Below are positions 28,458 to 38,548 of a DNA stretch of 64,000 nucleotides, in pieces. The stretch comes from Thermoplasmata archaeon (GTDB lineage: Archaea > Thermoplasmatota > Thermoplasmata > Thermoplasmatales > GCA-001856825), in NCBI GenBank assembly GCA_049965815.1, contig JBMFVV010000004.1, positions 1,858-65,857 of the forward strand, written 5' to 3'. Every line of letters begins with the position of its first letter. The first letter of the stretch is position 1. The notes under the pieces are model-generated. The model was not told where the DNA came from. It searched no databases and saw nothing but the letters and a program-made list of their open reading frames with translations. Both the position numbers and the translations under genes were made by a program.

Positions 28458-28531
28458 AAACTTCCACTAGGTAAGCTTAACGAGACCTACTTGCATTATA
28501 TATTCCATATATATTCCCCAGCAGCAGTTAT

Positions 28532-29329
28532 CTACTGTTTCTTCCCCTTATTTTCCGCGAATACATCCTGGGCTTCCTTAACTGTTGCGTTCTCGTGAAC
28601 GATCGCCCTTATGGCCTTTATCATTGCGACAGGGTTGTCATTCTGCCATATATTTCTCCCCATATCCACACCTATCGCCCCTTCCTGAATGGCATTGTAG
28701 ACTAAGTTAAAAACATCCAGTTCAGTCTCCAATTTTGGTCCACCTGCCACAACCAGAGGAACGGGAGTTCCGTCAGCAACCTTCCTGAAATTCTCACAGT
28801 AGTATGTTTTGACAATATGGGCTCCTATTTCCGCCGCGAGTCTGCATGCAAGACTCAGGTATTTGGCATCCCTCTTCTCAAGTTCCTTTCCCACTGCAGT
28901 TATTGCCATGACTGGCATCCCATATTCCTCGCCCTCATTTACCAGTTCAGACAGGTTTATCAGTGATTGCTTTTCGTGGTTTGTTCCGACGAAAATAGAA
29001 ATTGCCACAGCAGAAACATTCAGTCTAATGGCGTCCTCCATCGAGGTTGTAATTTCTTCATCACTTAGGTCATCCTTCAGAATGCTTGCCCCTCCAGAAA
29101 CTCTGAGAAGAATTGGCGTATCCCACTTGGGATCAATAGAGGTTCTTAGTATTCCTCTCGTAACTGCAACTGTATCAGCATAAGGCAGAAGAGGTTCAAG
29201 CATCTTTCTTGGATTTTCCAATTTGCGGGTTGGTCCCATAAAATATCCGTGATCTGCAGCCAGCATCACAGATCTTCCAGTAGCAGGCTTAATCATTCTT
29301 GAAAGTCTATTTTTCATTCCCCAGTCCAT
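28532..29329 (-). CDS. DhnA/FbaB-type class I aldolase (fructose-bisphosphate aldolase or ADH synthase family)
   Basis: MLAADHGYFMGP, IVKTYY (Schiff-base Lys context) and GRNIWQ blocks. Confidence 0.72.
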   Translation of the reverse strand: MDWGMKNRLSRMIKPATGRSVMLAADHGYFMGPTRKLENPRKMLEPLLPYADTVAVTRGILRTSIDPKWDTPILLRVSGGASILKDDLSDEEITTSMEDAIRLNVSAVAISIFVGTNHEKQSLINLSELVNEGEEYGMPVMAITAVGKELEKRDAKYLSLACRLAAEIGAHIVKTYYCENFRKVADGTPVPLVVAGGPKLETELDVFNLVYNAIQEGAIGVDMGRNIWQNDNPVAMIKAIRAIVHENATVKEAQDVFAENKGKKQ

Positions 29330-29499
29330 ATTTTTCCCCTTTTAGGCAGCCAGAAATGGAATCTTAGACTAATAATATTTCTGTCATCCCTATAATAAGA
29401 ACAGGAGTTACGGAATTTTATATCTCATACCTGTATAGGGTCAGGATAGGTACTGACTGATAGGGTGACATTTTTATAAAGAGACAGCTTAGTGACATA

Positions 29500-31356
29500 A
29501 TGTCTGGGGTTAAGGTCCAGGATTTCTACGATCTGAGGTTCATAGCTAATTTGAACGTTGCGAATGGGAGGATCTTCTTCGAAGTATTCAAACCGGTAGA
29601 AAAATCTAACAAGTACGAATCTGAAATACTGGAACTGACTGGAATATCCACGGTCAAGTATACTAGAGGAAACGAGGATCGTGATTCCGTTATCGATAGA
29701 ACAGGATTTAGGATGGCATACCTGACAAGGGTGGACAAGAAGACTTCTATATTCATAAAGAACGTAGAGACAGGTGAAGAAAGGAAACTGTGGGAGACTG
29801 AACTCATAGTCAAGAAGATGCAGTGGGACAGTCTATCAAAGGGGTTGTTTATTGTTGTTCAGGAAAAGCCAAAGGATGAGGAATTTAGAATAGTTGAAAA
29901 ATATCCAATATACTTCAATGGCGAAGGATTCTATCCTTCAGTCAATTACCAGATCCTCCATCTGAGACTCAATGGGAAGACAAAGAAGGTCTTTGGGTCC
30001 GATGGCCAGATTTCTGACTTTGCAGTAGACCCGTCATCTCAAAGGCTGGCCGTTATAGAAAGGCCAGATAAATGGGATGTTTACGATTCTAGGATAGGAA
30101 TACTCGATCCAAACACTAGTGAGATTCAGTATATCAAGGGGATTAAGGGGGGAATAGATACTCCAGTTTACGATAACGATGGTACGCTCTACTTCTTCCA
30201 TTCAAAGCATCAAAAAAGCATTTTTCAAAGCCAGAAAATTTATCGATATTCGAATGGAAATTTAGAAAACCTCCTGGAAGAATACGACATTTCACCGGAA
30301 AATTCGGTGAATTCTGACTCCCGGATGGGAATTTCTAAGACAGCTTTGGTACATAATGGTTTTTTGTACTTCGTGGCTACTATTGGAGGGAGAGCAGGGA
30401 TTTATAGGATTGGAGCCAGGAAAAAGCTCGAGACTGTCGCAAAGGGAGATTTTTCAGTCGACTCATTTGACTTCAAGGGTGATACTATCTATTATATAGC
30501 ACAGTCATCAAATTGCCCCCAAGAAATCTATCTCTATAACGGGAGGATCGAAAGGTTGACTAATTTGAATTCAAAGATAGAAAAGAGGGTTCTAAATAAG
30601 GCAAATAATTTTAAAATGATGGCTAGTGACGGCAGGGAGATCGAGGGCTGGTTTCTGAAAGGTAAAGGAAAAGGTACTATCTTGGAAATACACGGTGGCC
30701 CTAGAACTTCATACGGCGAGGCCTTTGTCCTAGAGTTTCACATATTGAACTCCATGGGTTTCAACGTTCTATACGCCAATCCTAGGGGAAGCGATAGTTA
30801 TGGGGATGATTTTGCACTGGAGATCAAGGGGAAATATGGCGAAAGGGACTACAAGGATATTCTTGAAATAGTTGACTATTCCTCAAAGAAATTCGGCGTG
30901 AAGAAAGAATACATAGGTGTTATTGGGGGGTCTTATGGTGGGTTCATGGTTAACTGGATAATTGGGCACACAAATCAGTTCAGGGCGGCAGTCACAGACC
31001 GGTCCATAAGTGATCAGATATCCTTCTATTTCTCTAGTGATATTGGCCCAAGGTTTAATTCAGATCAGATGGGCGGTATCCCATACGACGATCTGGAACA
31101 CTACTGGGCAAAATCGCCATTGAAATACATCAGGAACGTAAAGACACCTGTTCTGATTGTTCACTCGGATGAGGACTATAGGTGTCCAATATGGCAAGCA
31201 TATGAGATGTTCACACAGCTGAAATTGCAGGGATCAGAGGCAAGATTGGTCATATTCAAGGGAGAAAATCACGATTTGTCCCGAGGTGGAAAACCCAAGA
31301 ACAGAGTAAAGAGACTGGAAGAGATCACTAACTGGTTCGACAGTAAACTCGCCTGA
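29500..31356 (+). CDS. S9-family serine peptidase (acylaminoacyl-peptidase/prolyl oligopeptidase-like)
   Basis: N-terminal beta-propeller-like region. C-terminal alpha/beta hydrolase with nucleophile elbow GGSYGGFM, then D...H (SDEDYRCP; GENHDL). Confidence 0.85.
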   Translation: MSGVKVQDFYDLRFIANLNVANGRIFFEVFKPVEKSNKYESEILELTGISTVKYTRGNEDRDSVIDRTGFRMAYLTRVDKKTSIFIKNVETGEERKLWETELIVKKMQWDSLSKGLFIVVQEKPKDEEFRIVEKYPIYFNGEGFYPSVNYQILHLRLNGKTKKVFGSDGQISDFAVDPSSQRLAVIERPDKWDVYDSRIGILDPNTSEIQYIKGIKGGIDTPVYDNDGTLYFFHSKHQKSIFQSQKIYRYSNGNLENLLEEYDISPENSVNSDSRMGISKTALVHNGFLYFVATIGGRAGIYRIGARKKLETVAKGDFSVDSFDFKGDTIYYIAQSSNCPQEIYLYNGRIERLTNLNSKIEKRVLNKANNFKMMASDGREIEGWFLKGKGKGTILEIHGGPRTSYGEAFVLEFHILNSMGFNVLYANPRGSDSYGDDFALEIKGKYGERDYKDILEIVDYSSKKFGVKKEYIGVIGGSYGGFMVNWIIGHTNQFRAAVTDRSISDQISFYFSSDIGPRFNSDQMGGIPYDDLEHYWAKSPLKYIRNVKTPVLIVHSDEDYRCPIWQAYEMFTQLKLQGSEARLVIFKGENHDLSRGGKPKNRVKRLEEITNWFDSKLA

Positions 31357-31373
31357 TCTTAGTCACCAGCCAG

Positions 31374-31586
31374 TCAGTGAGAATTCATTTCCCTGTCGGA
31401 ACGTATGTAAAGTTCCATCCTCTTGATTAGGGTATCTGGGAACTTATCCGGTGATTTTGCTCTGTAGCCAAAAAGTTTCATTGCTAGAATTTTGTTATCA
31501 GTCATAATCTGGGAATATTCAAATGTTAAGGAAGCTATCTCCATGTTTATTGAGTAAAGTTTCATCCTGAGTTCGTGGTCGTTCAA
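31374..31586 (-). CDS. Hypothetical small protein (70 aa from a TTG start; alternative ATG 7 codons downstream)
   Basis: ORF only. Its TTG start overlaps the TGA of the upstream 50-codon ORF (TTGA). No recognisable motif. Confidence 0.3.
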   Translation of the reverse strand: MNDHELRMKLYSINMEIASLTFEYSQIMTDNKILAMKLFGYRAKSPDKFPDTLIKRMELYIRSDREMNSH

Positions 31587-31735
31587 CTCTCAACCTCTCT
31601 AAGTTCTTTAAGAAACAACTCATGGTCTTCTTTCGCAATCCTTAGTTTCTCCTTGAGGATTGATAGATACTCCTCCATTTCTTCCAGCTCTTTTTCCAAA
31701 TCGTTCATAATCGATCTCTCCGTAGGAATCATCAT
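31583..31735 (-). CDS. Hypothetical 50-aa coiled-coil protein (not in the ORF track)
   Basis: My manual translation gives MMIPTERSIMNDLEKELEEMEEYLSILKEKLRIAKEDHELFLKELREVES*. Heptad-like charge pattern. An in-frame stop lies immediately upstream of the ATG. Confidence 0.25.
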   Translation of the reverse strand: MMIPTERSIMNDLEKELEEMEEYLSILKEKLRIAKEDHELFLKELREVES

Positions 31736-31870
31736 TCACAAGAAAGTTCGGCCTCTAGAGCACTGGAGGATTCCATCTCCTTACGCTATATATGCGTATC
31801 ACTCAAATATTTTTTCCAAAGTCCATGTCGTTCTTACAAAATTATCTGATCGAACACGCATTGATGGAAG

Positions 31871-33331
31871 TCATTTTATGGCGTATGGACCACTTTCAAA
31901 ATTGATGAGTTTCGCAGGTACCTTGTCTATTTTCCCGGTGTCCTTGAAATAAAATAGTATTCCCATACTTGCTCTTCCAGAATCTGCAACGCCACTTATG
32001 ATATCCTTGCGTGCATTAGTTATGTCACCACCGGCAAATATGCCGGGGTAGCTTGTCATATTGTACTGATTAACGATGATGTCACCGGAAGGAGTTACGT
32101 TGATCTTCTTCATGATATCTTCAGGTATGAATGAAAGATCTCCCTTTTGTCCTGTCGCTTCCACCACCGTGTCCACATCGATTCTGTACTCCTTATCTTT
32201 TAATGGCACAGGCTCCCTCCTTCCAGTTCCTTTATCCACCATCTGGTTCTTCCAGTACTTGATACCCTTTACTTTCCCGTCCTCACCATAATATTCAATT
32301 GGAGTGACTTCCCAAATGAACTCAACTTTCTCTTCTTCTGCCTCGTCCAGTTCCTCCTCTGCATTGCTGGAAGGATAACCTGGCCTCTCACTTGCAGATC
32401 TCCTGTACATTACTACGACCTCCTTCGCCCCAAGACGTAACGATATCCTTGCAGCGTCAAAAGCAGTAAAGCCTCCTCCAATTATTGCAACAGTCTGACC
32501 GACGTCTATTTTCTTTCCGTCGTTTATTTGTTTCAAGAAATCTATTGCGTGATAGACACCCTTGAGATCAACCCCAGGCGTTCTGGTCTTAGAAGGCTTC
32601 CAGTTTCCTATCGCAATGTAGACTGCATCGTATTTTCCCATTAGCTCCTCAAACTTCACGTCTTTCCCTATCTTTTTGTTATAATAGATATGTGCTCCAT
32701 ATGAAAGTATATGATCTGTCTCCTTACTCACAGTACTCCTTGAGAGTCTAAAATCTGGTATACCGTGAACCATCATCCCCCCAGCTTTATCCGTAGCCTC
32801 ATAGATGTCGACTTGTACGCCATTAATTGAAAGATAGAAAGCAGCTGAAAGCCCAGACGGCCCGCCACCTATTATGGCAACCTTCGGATGCCCTCCAAGG
32901 TCATTCTGGACTATCCCAAGCATCTCCTTGTAATCCGGCGAATTCTCAGATATGTACCTTTTGATGTGCCTGGTTGCTACCGGACCTTTATTATCATCCA
33001 GTACGCAATTATCTTCACAAGGATGAGGACAGACGCTTCCGCATACTCCGACGAACGGCAGTTTCTCGAAATTGATTTTCAGGCCCTCTTCTAGATTCCC
33101 GTTCTTCAATGCTATCTGATAACCAGGTATGTCAATCCGTGCAGGGCATCCTTCAATACATAGTCCGCAGCCCAAGCATCTGGATGCTTCTGCTGTTACT
33201 TCTTCAAGTGTATAAGGTATCAGTGTTTGAACATCTAAGCTCTTTACTCTCTCATTTGGGTCAGAGTGTTTAATCGGCACTCTAGAGTAATTCACATAGT
33301 TCAAATAGGTCCACCGAGTACGGTATTTCAT
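31871..33331 (-). CDS. GltD-like NAD(P)H-dependent oxidoreductase (glutamate synthase small-subunit family) with an N-terminal Fe-S domain
   Basis: CLGCGLCIEGCP ferredoxin-type cluster motif. FAD/NAD Rossmann motifs VAIIGGGPSGLSAA and VAIIGGGFTAFDAA. Confidence 0.8.
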   Translation of the reverse strand: MKYRTRWTYLNYVNYSRVPIKHSDPNERVKSLDVQTLIPYTLEEVTAEASRCLGCGLCIEGCPARIDIPGYQIALKNGNLEEGLKINFEKLPFVGVCGSVCPHPCEDNCVLDDNKGPVATRHIKRYISENSPDYKEMLGIVQNDLGGHPKVAIIGGGPSGLSAAFYLSINGVQVDIYEATDKAGGMMVHGIPDFRLSRSTVSKETDHILSYGAHIYYNKKIGKDVKFEELMGKYDAVYIAIGNWKPSKTRTPGVDLKGVYHAIDFLKQINDGKKIDVGQTVAIIGGGFTAFDAARISLRLGAKEVVVMYRRSASERPGYPSSNAEEELDEAEEEKVEFIWEVTPIEYYGEDGKVKGIKYWKNQMVDKGTGRREPVPLKDKEYRIDVDTVVEATGQKGDLSFIPEDIMKKINVTPSGDIIVNQYNMTSYPGIFAGGDITNARKDIISGVADSGRASMGILFYFKDTGKIDKVPAKLINFESGPYAIK

Positions 33332-33415
33332 ACGATATTATAATGGTTATCTAGCCGCATAAGAGCTACATTTTTGCTCTCCACAGGTGCGTCAGAAAAA
33401 CTAATTTATTTTCAG

Positions 33416-33952
33416 CTATCTCAGATGGATGTTTGCCAAACTGCGAGCTGCCCTGTAAAAGTTAGGATCTATTTCCAGACTCTTCCTGTACATCCTTTCT
33501 GCCAGTTTTTCCCTTCCAAGGCTTTCAAAAATCTGCCCTTTGACAAAGTAAACATCGGCCTTTGGTGGCTTGGCTCTGGAAATTATCTTAAGGTCATCAA
33601 GTGCCATTTTAGGATACCCCATCATCGCAAGAGTGATGGCCCTGTTGAAATAGGAATCCACGGCTCTTCTGTTTCCAGTTTTTCTAAGGATTGCAATGGA
33701 TTTCGAATAGAGTTCTATCGCCTCTGAGTATAGAGCATCTTCCACCATCCCATTGGCGATCTCATAATATTTCCTTGATATCCTCCTTACTTTCTCCATC
33801 CTTTCCTTTTTGTTCTCCGGAGAAAATGCATCCTTTCCAAGCTCTTCTATCTGCCTCTCAACTTCAATTTCTTGTTTATCCCTCTCTAGGATTCTTTCCA
33901 TCCTTTCTGGGTTGATCGCTGTTCCGATTGGAGATTGGTCTAAATCTTTCAT
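33416..33952 (-). CDS. TPR-repeat protein
   Basis: Three to four TPR-like units (EAIELYSKSIAIL, AVDSYFNRAITLAMMGY, ADVYFVKGQIFESLG, AERMYRKSLEIDP). Confidence 0.55.
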   Translation of the reverse strand: MKDLDQSPIGTAINPERMERILERDKQEIEVERQIEELGKDAFSPENKKERMEKVRRISRKYYEIANGMVEDALYSEAIELYSKSIAILRKTGNRRAVDSYFNRAITLAMMGYPKMALDDLKIISRAKPPKADVYFVKGQIFESLGREKLAERMYRKSLEIDPNFYRAARSLANIHLR

Positions 33953-34087
33953 TATGGAAATAATCTGAATTCTTTATTAATAGATTTCGTACTCGGTTAA
34001 ATAATTACAATATACTTTCAGTTTTAAATAGACATTCAATGTCTATCAATATAGCCGGTCTTTATACGACTAAAAACTTGACCAGAA

Positions 34088-34414
34088 CTAGATGCTATCC
34101 CTCTTGAATTCTATTCTTCCTTCCTCGAATGTGAGAGAATAGATGTCGTTGACCTCGAACTTGATACCAAGAGATTCATATTCTTCATCCGTTAGTCTGA
34201 GAATCAGCTTCTGGTTTGGCCTGGATTGGAATCCTACAGTCTGAGTGATCCCCTTCATCAGGTCATTGATAAATTCCGGGCCGAGTGCGAAACTCTGTAC
34301 CTGATGGTCTTTTTCTGGTATATATTCATCTAGGTCAATCTCTCTTCCACGTGTCCTTGACTCCTGATCATAGTATGATGAAATGTTGATAACTGTGACT
34401 TTCTTACTTAACAT
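34088..34414 (-). CDS. Hypothetical protein (108 aa)
   Basis: ORF with coding-like composition. No motif recognised. Confidence 0.4.
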   Translation of the reverse strand: MLSKKVTVINISSYYDQESRTRGREIDLDEYIPEKDHQVQSFALGPEFINDLMKGITQTVGFQSRPNQKLILRLTDEEYESLGIKFEVNDIYSLTFEEGRIEFKRDSI

Positions 34415-34512
34415 AAGTCAGGAACATAAATTCATATATCTATTTGCGGGTAATGCCAATTGTTCCATGGCCGAATTCTAAATTGTCGTTGAAGTGGCAA
34501 GTCATTATCTTA

Positions 34513-35511
34513 TTATTTTCTCTCAATTTCAGATTCTAATAGCTTAGCTGCTTGTTTTCCTCTTACGTCTGAAAATTGTTTTGATGCCTCCCTTACTAGG
34601 TCTTCTCTGTTCGCATTGTATAATGCAATAATCGCGTTTCTTGCAAGTCCCTCGTGCGCTGCCCTTCTGATTGCACTCTTTCTGTAGTTGTCATCGAACG
34701 TTCTCTTGTCCATAAAGGCAATGTCCTCAAGTTTCAGCTTATTGGAGAACTGGTTGTGATTCACTTCCGGGATAGACGATTTTTTATTTCCACCATTCCA
34801 CGGGCAAACATCGTTGCAAATGTCGCATCCGAAGATCATATCTTTCATACGGTTGGAGATGTAGGAAGGAATGACCCCCCTGTTCTCAATTGTCTGGTAG
34901 GAAATACATAAATTTGAATTGATAGTCCTGTTTAGGTTTATTGCCCCGGTCGGACAGCTTTCAATGCATCTCGTGCAACTACCGCACAGATCAGTTGAAG
35001 GCATAGATGGTGAATCCAAAGCAATATCTGTTATTGAGACGCCTAGGAATGTGAATGACCCCAAGGCGGGATGAATGAACATTGAATTTCTTCCAATCCA
35101 CCCGTTCATTGAGTTCGTGGCCAGATTTCTTTCGCTGATAGGGCCAGTGTCAACGTACGTTCTGTATTCGTTCCTGAACAGACCATTCTCAATCATGAAT
35201 TTATCTATGATCTTGGGAAAGAATCGGTGATAATCCTCGAAACAGGCATATTTTGCTATTCGTCCATATCCTTCCTTTGTATGAACTTCGCTCTTATAAT
35301 TCAACAAGAAAACAACTATTGATTTAGATTCTCTCATGAGGAGTGAAGGGTCAACTCGTTTCTTGATACCATCATCGCTTGATAGGTAAGACATTGATCC
35401 ATGAAAACCCAAACTCAACCACGTTTTAAAAATGCTATTATTATTCATTTTAACCCTGATGGAAGAGTACTTCAAGTCAGACGGAATGGATATTTCCTGG
35501 TCCAGTAGCAC
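34513..35511 (-). CDS. QueG-like epoxyqueuosine reductase family protein (cobalamin / 2x[4Fe-4S] enzyme family)
   Basis: KYACFEDYH (compare YA.G.DYH), CGSCTRCIESCPTGAI, ISYQTIENRG and CDICNDVCPWN blocks match the QueG layout. C-terminal HEAT-like helix region. Confidence 0.65.
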   Translation of the reverse strand: MLLDQEISIPSDLKYSSIRVKMNNNSIFKTWLSLGFHGSMSYLSSDDGIKKRVDPSLLMRESKSIVVFLLNYKSEVHTKEGYGRIAKYACFEDYHRFFPKIIDKFMIENGLFRNEYRTYVDTGPISERNLATNSMNGWIGRNSMFIHPALGSFTFLGVSITDIALDSPSMPSTDLCGSCTRCIESCPTGAINLNRTINSNLCISYQTIENRGVIPSYISNRMKDMIFGCDICNDVCPWNGGNKKSSIPEVNHNQFSNKLKLEDIAFMDKRTFDDNYRKSAIRRAAHEGLARNAIIALYNANREDLVREASKQFSDVRGKQAAKLLESEIERK

Positions 35512-35577
35512 TCTGAGCTATGAGAATTTAACTTTAAAACTTACCCATCTATTTATTGCAGTTGATTATTCTCAGGA

Positions 35578-36498
35578 GTGGATATCGGGAAGGTGGGACT
35601 GAAGGAGATAAAGGGCATCCTGACAAGAAACAGAGAAGCTATCATGGAGAGTAACGTGATAGGTTCAGACTTCTCATTCTTGAAGCAAGGTACAATGAAC
35701 TTAATTTTCAAGATAGAACCGATGGTGTTCTATAAATCGTTTACAATTTTTGAAAATTCTCTCCTATCTGTCATATTCCCGCTCAATGACTTTCTCACAT
35801 CAGGAACGTGGCCTTCAATTGCAATGATAGACTTTGAAAAGCCAGTTAATGCTGGAAACGAATTCTATGATTATGTGGACGGTATTTTCAAGAACCTGAT
35901 GGATAGGAATATAAAGGTAGCCTCGGGGCACACCGGGAGCTACGGAAATCTTAACTATGGCGTGGCTGGTACCATGGCCCTTCTAGGGCTTAAGAAACCA
36001 ATATTCAGTTTCAAGAGAGTTAAGGACGATGATTCATATTATTTCTTGGGGACAATCGGTAACGAGCTATCGTTCTTCAAGCACAAAGGTAAACGGGGCA
36101 GTGGAATCAGCCCACTGGATCTATCGGTAGAAAGGTACGTGAAGGAATTGATAAGGATCAGAAGCATTGTCCATTATATACATGATATATCTGAAGGAGG
36201 ATTGATGCGGGCCCTAATGGAGATATCCCAGCTCGTTAAATCCGGGTTCAACGTCAGTTCACAGGACCTCCTGAGGGCGTCAGCTAGAGGGATAGAAGAA
36301 TGCGGCACTGGAATATTTTCAGCGAGTTCTTCAGGTTCTCTCATAGTAAGCGTGGACTCGAAAGGGAAGGAAGAGTTTGAAAGGGTGATGATTAGAAATT
36401 CTTGGCCAATGTTCGAAATAGAAAGGACGAGGGGGGGAATTACGGTTGACAAGAAGAAAATGAATGATAAGGACGGCATTTTGGAATTCCTTTCGTAG
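35578..36498 (+). CDS. AIR synthase-related (PurM-superfamily) protein; GTG start
   Basis: VASGHTGSYG and IHDISEGGLMRAL blocks typical of the PurM/HypE/SelD-like fold. Confidence 0.55.
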   Translation: MDIGKVGLKEIKGILTRNREAIMESNVIGSDFSFLKQGTMNLIFKIEPMVFYKSFTIFENSLLSVIFPLNDFLTSGTWPSIAMIDFEKPVNAGNEFYDYVDGIFKNLMDRNIKVASGHTGSYGNLNYGVAGTMALLGLKKPIFSFKRVKDDDSYYFLGTIGNELSFFKHKGKRGSGISPLDLSVERYVKELIRIRSIVHYIHDISEGGLMRALMEISQLVKSGFNVSSQDLLRASARGIEECGTGIFSASSSGSLIVSVDSKGKEEFERVMIRNSWPMFEIERTRGGITVDKKKMNDKDGILEFLS

Positions 36499-36590
36499 AC
36501 TGTATGGTCTGACACATAGTAGATTAATCCTCGAGAAGGTTCTAATTATTGGATACTAACTAATTTATATTAACATTTAATAAACGCACA

Positions 36591-37418
36591 GTGAAAATAG
36601 ACGGATATCAACTGATGATTGCCAGTGACGGGACGTTCAAGCTTGATGGTGGTGCAATGTTTGGAGTTGTACCTAAACCTATCTGGGAGAAATACTTCAA
36701 ATCTGACAATAACAACAAGATAACTCTTGCCACAAATGTGCTTGTGATATTAAAGGACAAGAACGTTGCGCTCGTAGACCTGGGAATGGGAAACAAGTTT
36801 GATAGCAAGTTAGAGAAGGTCTATGAGATCAGTAGAACAAAAACTCTTCTGGAGGATCTTGCAGAAAAGGGGATAGAGAGGGACGATGTGACGCATGTTC
36901 TCTTCACCCACGGACATCTGGATCATACTGGATGGGCCACGACATACAATAAAGAAGTTATTGAACCAACTTTTCCAAATGCAAGATACTTCATGCAGGA
37001 AGATACACTAAAAGAGATAAGAGAACCTAATCAGAAGACGAAACCGAATTACAACTATCTGAATTTTGAGAATATAGACAGGCAACTGGAACTTCTGAAT
37101 GGGGATGAAGAAGTATTTCCGGGCGTAGAACTTGTTAAGTCAGGAGGGCATACCAAGGGACATCAAGTCGTCATATTAAGGGTCGGCAATGAAACTTTTA
37201 CATACTTCGGGGACCTAATTCCAACTTCAGCACACATAAAACCGGCTTACATCATGGCATACGACCTGTACCCAATGGATACATACTTCAAGAAAATAGA
37301 TATGCTTCAGAAGGCATATGAAGAGAACTGGACATTATTCTTTGAACACGATCCTGCAGTGCCTGTTGCAAAAATCACAGATACAGAGAAGTACAGTCTT
37401 ACTCCTATTTCATTCTAA
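36591..37418 (+). CDS. Metallo-beta-lactamase-fold hydrolase
   Basis: THGHLDHTGW (HxHxDH), plus downstream GGHTKGH and a late His. Confidence 0.8.
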   Translation: MKIDGYQLMIASDGTFKLDGGAMFGVVPKPIWEKYFKSDNNNKITLATNVLVILKDKNVALVDLGMGNKFDSKLEKVYEISRTKTLLEDLAEKGIERDDVTHVLFTHGHLDHTGWATTYNKEVIEPTFPNARYFMQEDTLKEIREPNQKTKPNYNYLNFENIDRQLELLNGDEEVFPGVELVKSGGHTKGHQVVILRVGNETFTYFGDLIPTSAHIKPAYIMAYDLYPMDTYFKKIDMLQKAYEENWTLFFEHDPAVPVAKITDTEKYSLTPISF

Positions 37419-38548
37419 AAGCTGACTCCACCATTCTTCAATGCCTCTCGCGAAATGATTACCCTCTGAATTTCGTTCGTGCCTTCATAGATCTGAGTAA
37501 TCTTTGCCTCCCTGAATCTTCTTTCTGTTGGGTATTCTGCAGTAAAGGCGTGGTGTCCAAGTAGCTGTACAGCCTCCTCGGTGATCTTCACAGCAGAATC
37601 ACCTGCCTGCAGTTTTGACAGGGAGCTGAGAAGGGTTGGATCCCTTCCCGCCTCAGCAGTTTCAATGGATTCGTTGTATTTTGCTACAGAAGAGTGTAGA
37701 AGATTGACCATGTCCGCCAGCTTGAAGGACATTCCTTCTCTATGACCACCCTTTTGTTGCTCTGCAAATTTGATGACATCTCTAATTGCTCCTTCTGAGA
37801 TGCCTATTGCTTGAGAGGCAATCCCGATCCTTCCCACATTCAGGGTGTCCATTTCGATTCTAAAACCCTCGTTGAATTTACCTACGATCTGCTCCTCACC
37901 AACTTCCACATTGTCCAACAGTACTTCTGTGGTGCTTGTTCCCCTAATGCCCATCTTCTTGAACTCTTTACCTATGGAAAGACCACTCATCTCCTTATCC
38001 AAAGCAAAGAGGGTAATCCCGTGGTGCTTCTTTTCCCTGTCCGTAACAGCAGAAGCAAGGAAGAATTCAGCCTCTGCTCCATTTGTGATGAATGTCTTCC
38101 CACCATTCAGTATGAACCCATTTCCCTTCCTGATGGCAGTAGTCTTAATAGCCGCAGCATCAGATCCAGCACCCGGTTCAGTTATAGCCAGAGCGCCTAT
38201 TGTCCCCCTGGCAACTCTGGAAAGATACTTCTGCTTGAGCTCCTCCGTACCATATTTCAGGATGGGCTCCCCGAAAAGGGAAACTGTAACGTCCGGTATA
38301 AGTGATGTCGAAGCGCACTCCCTTGAAATAATTCTGATGCTTTCCATCAGTGTTCTCAGTGATAAACCCAGACCACCATATTCACGCGGAATGTAGATAC
38401 CAAATACTCCAATCCTCCCCATTTCCTCTATGAGATCATCTGGGAAGGAAGATGCCTCATCTACTTCTGAAGCCCTCTCCCTGACTGTAGAAGTGGCGAA
38501 ATCCTCGACTTCTTTCAGTTTTTCTTTCTCTGAAACTCCTAGATTCAT
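37415..38548 (-). CDS. Acyl-CoA dehydrogenase
   Basis: ALAITEPGAGSDAAA, GGKTFITNG, and C-terminal YEGTNEIQR blocks. Confidence 0.9.
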   Translation of the reverse strand: MNLGVSEKEKLKEVEDFATSTVRERASEVDEASSFPDDLIEEMGRIGVFGIYIPREYGGLGLSLRTLMESIRIISRECASTSLIPDVTVSLFGEPILKYGTEELKQKYLSRVARGTIGALAITEPGAGSDAAAIKTTAIRKGNGFILNGGKTFITNGAEAEFFLASAVTDREKKHHGITLFALDKEMSGLSIGKEFKKMGIRGTSTTEVLLDNVEVGEEQIVGKFNEGFRIEMDTLNVGRIGIASQAIGISEGAIRDVIKFAEQQKGGHREGMSFKLADMVNLLHSSVAKYNESIETAEAGRDPTLLSSLSKLQAGDSAVKITEEAVQLLGHHAFTAEYPTERRFREAKITQIYEGTNEIQRVIISREALKNGGVSF

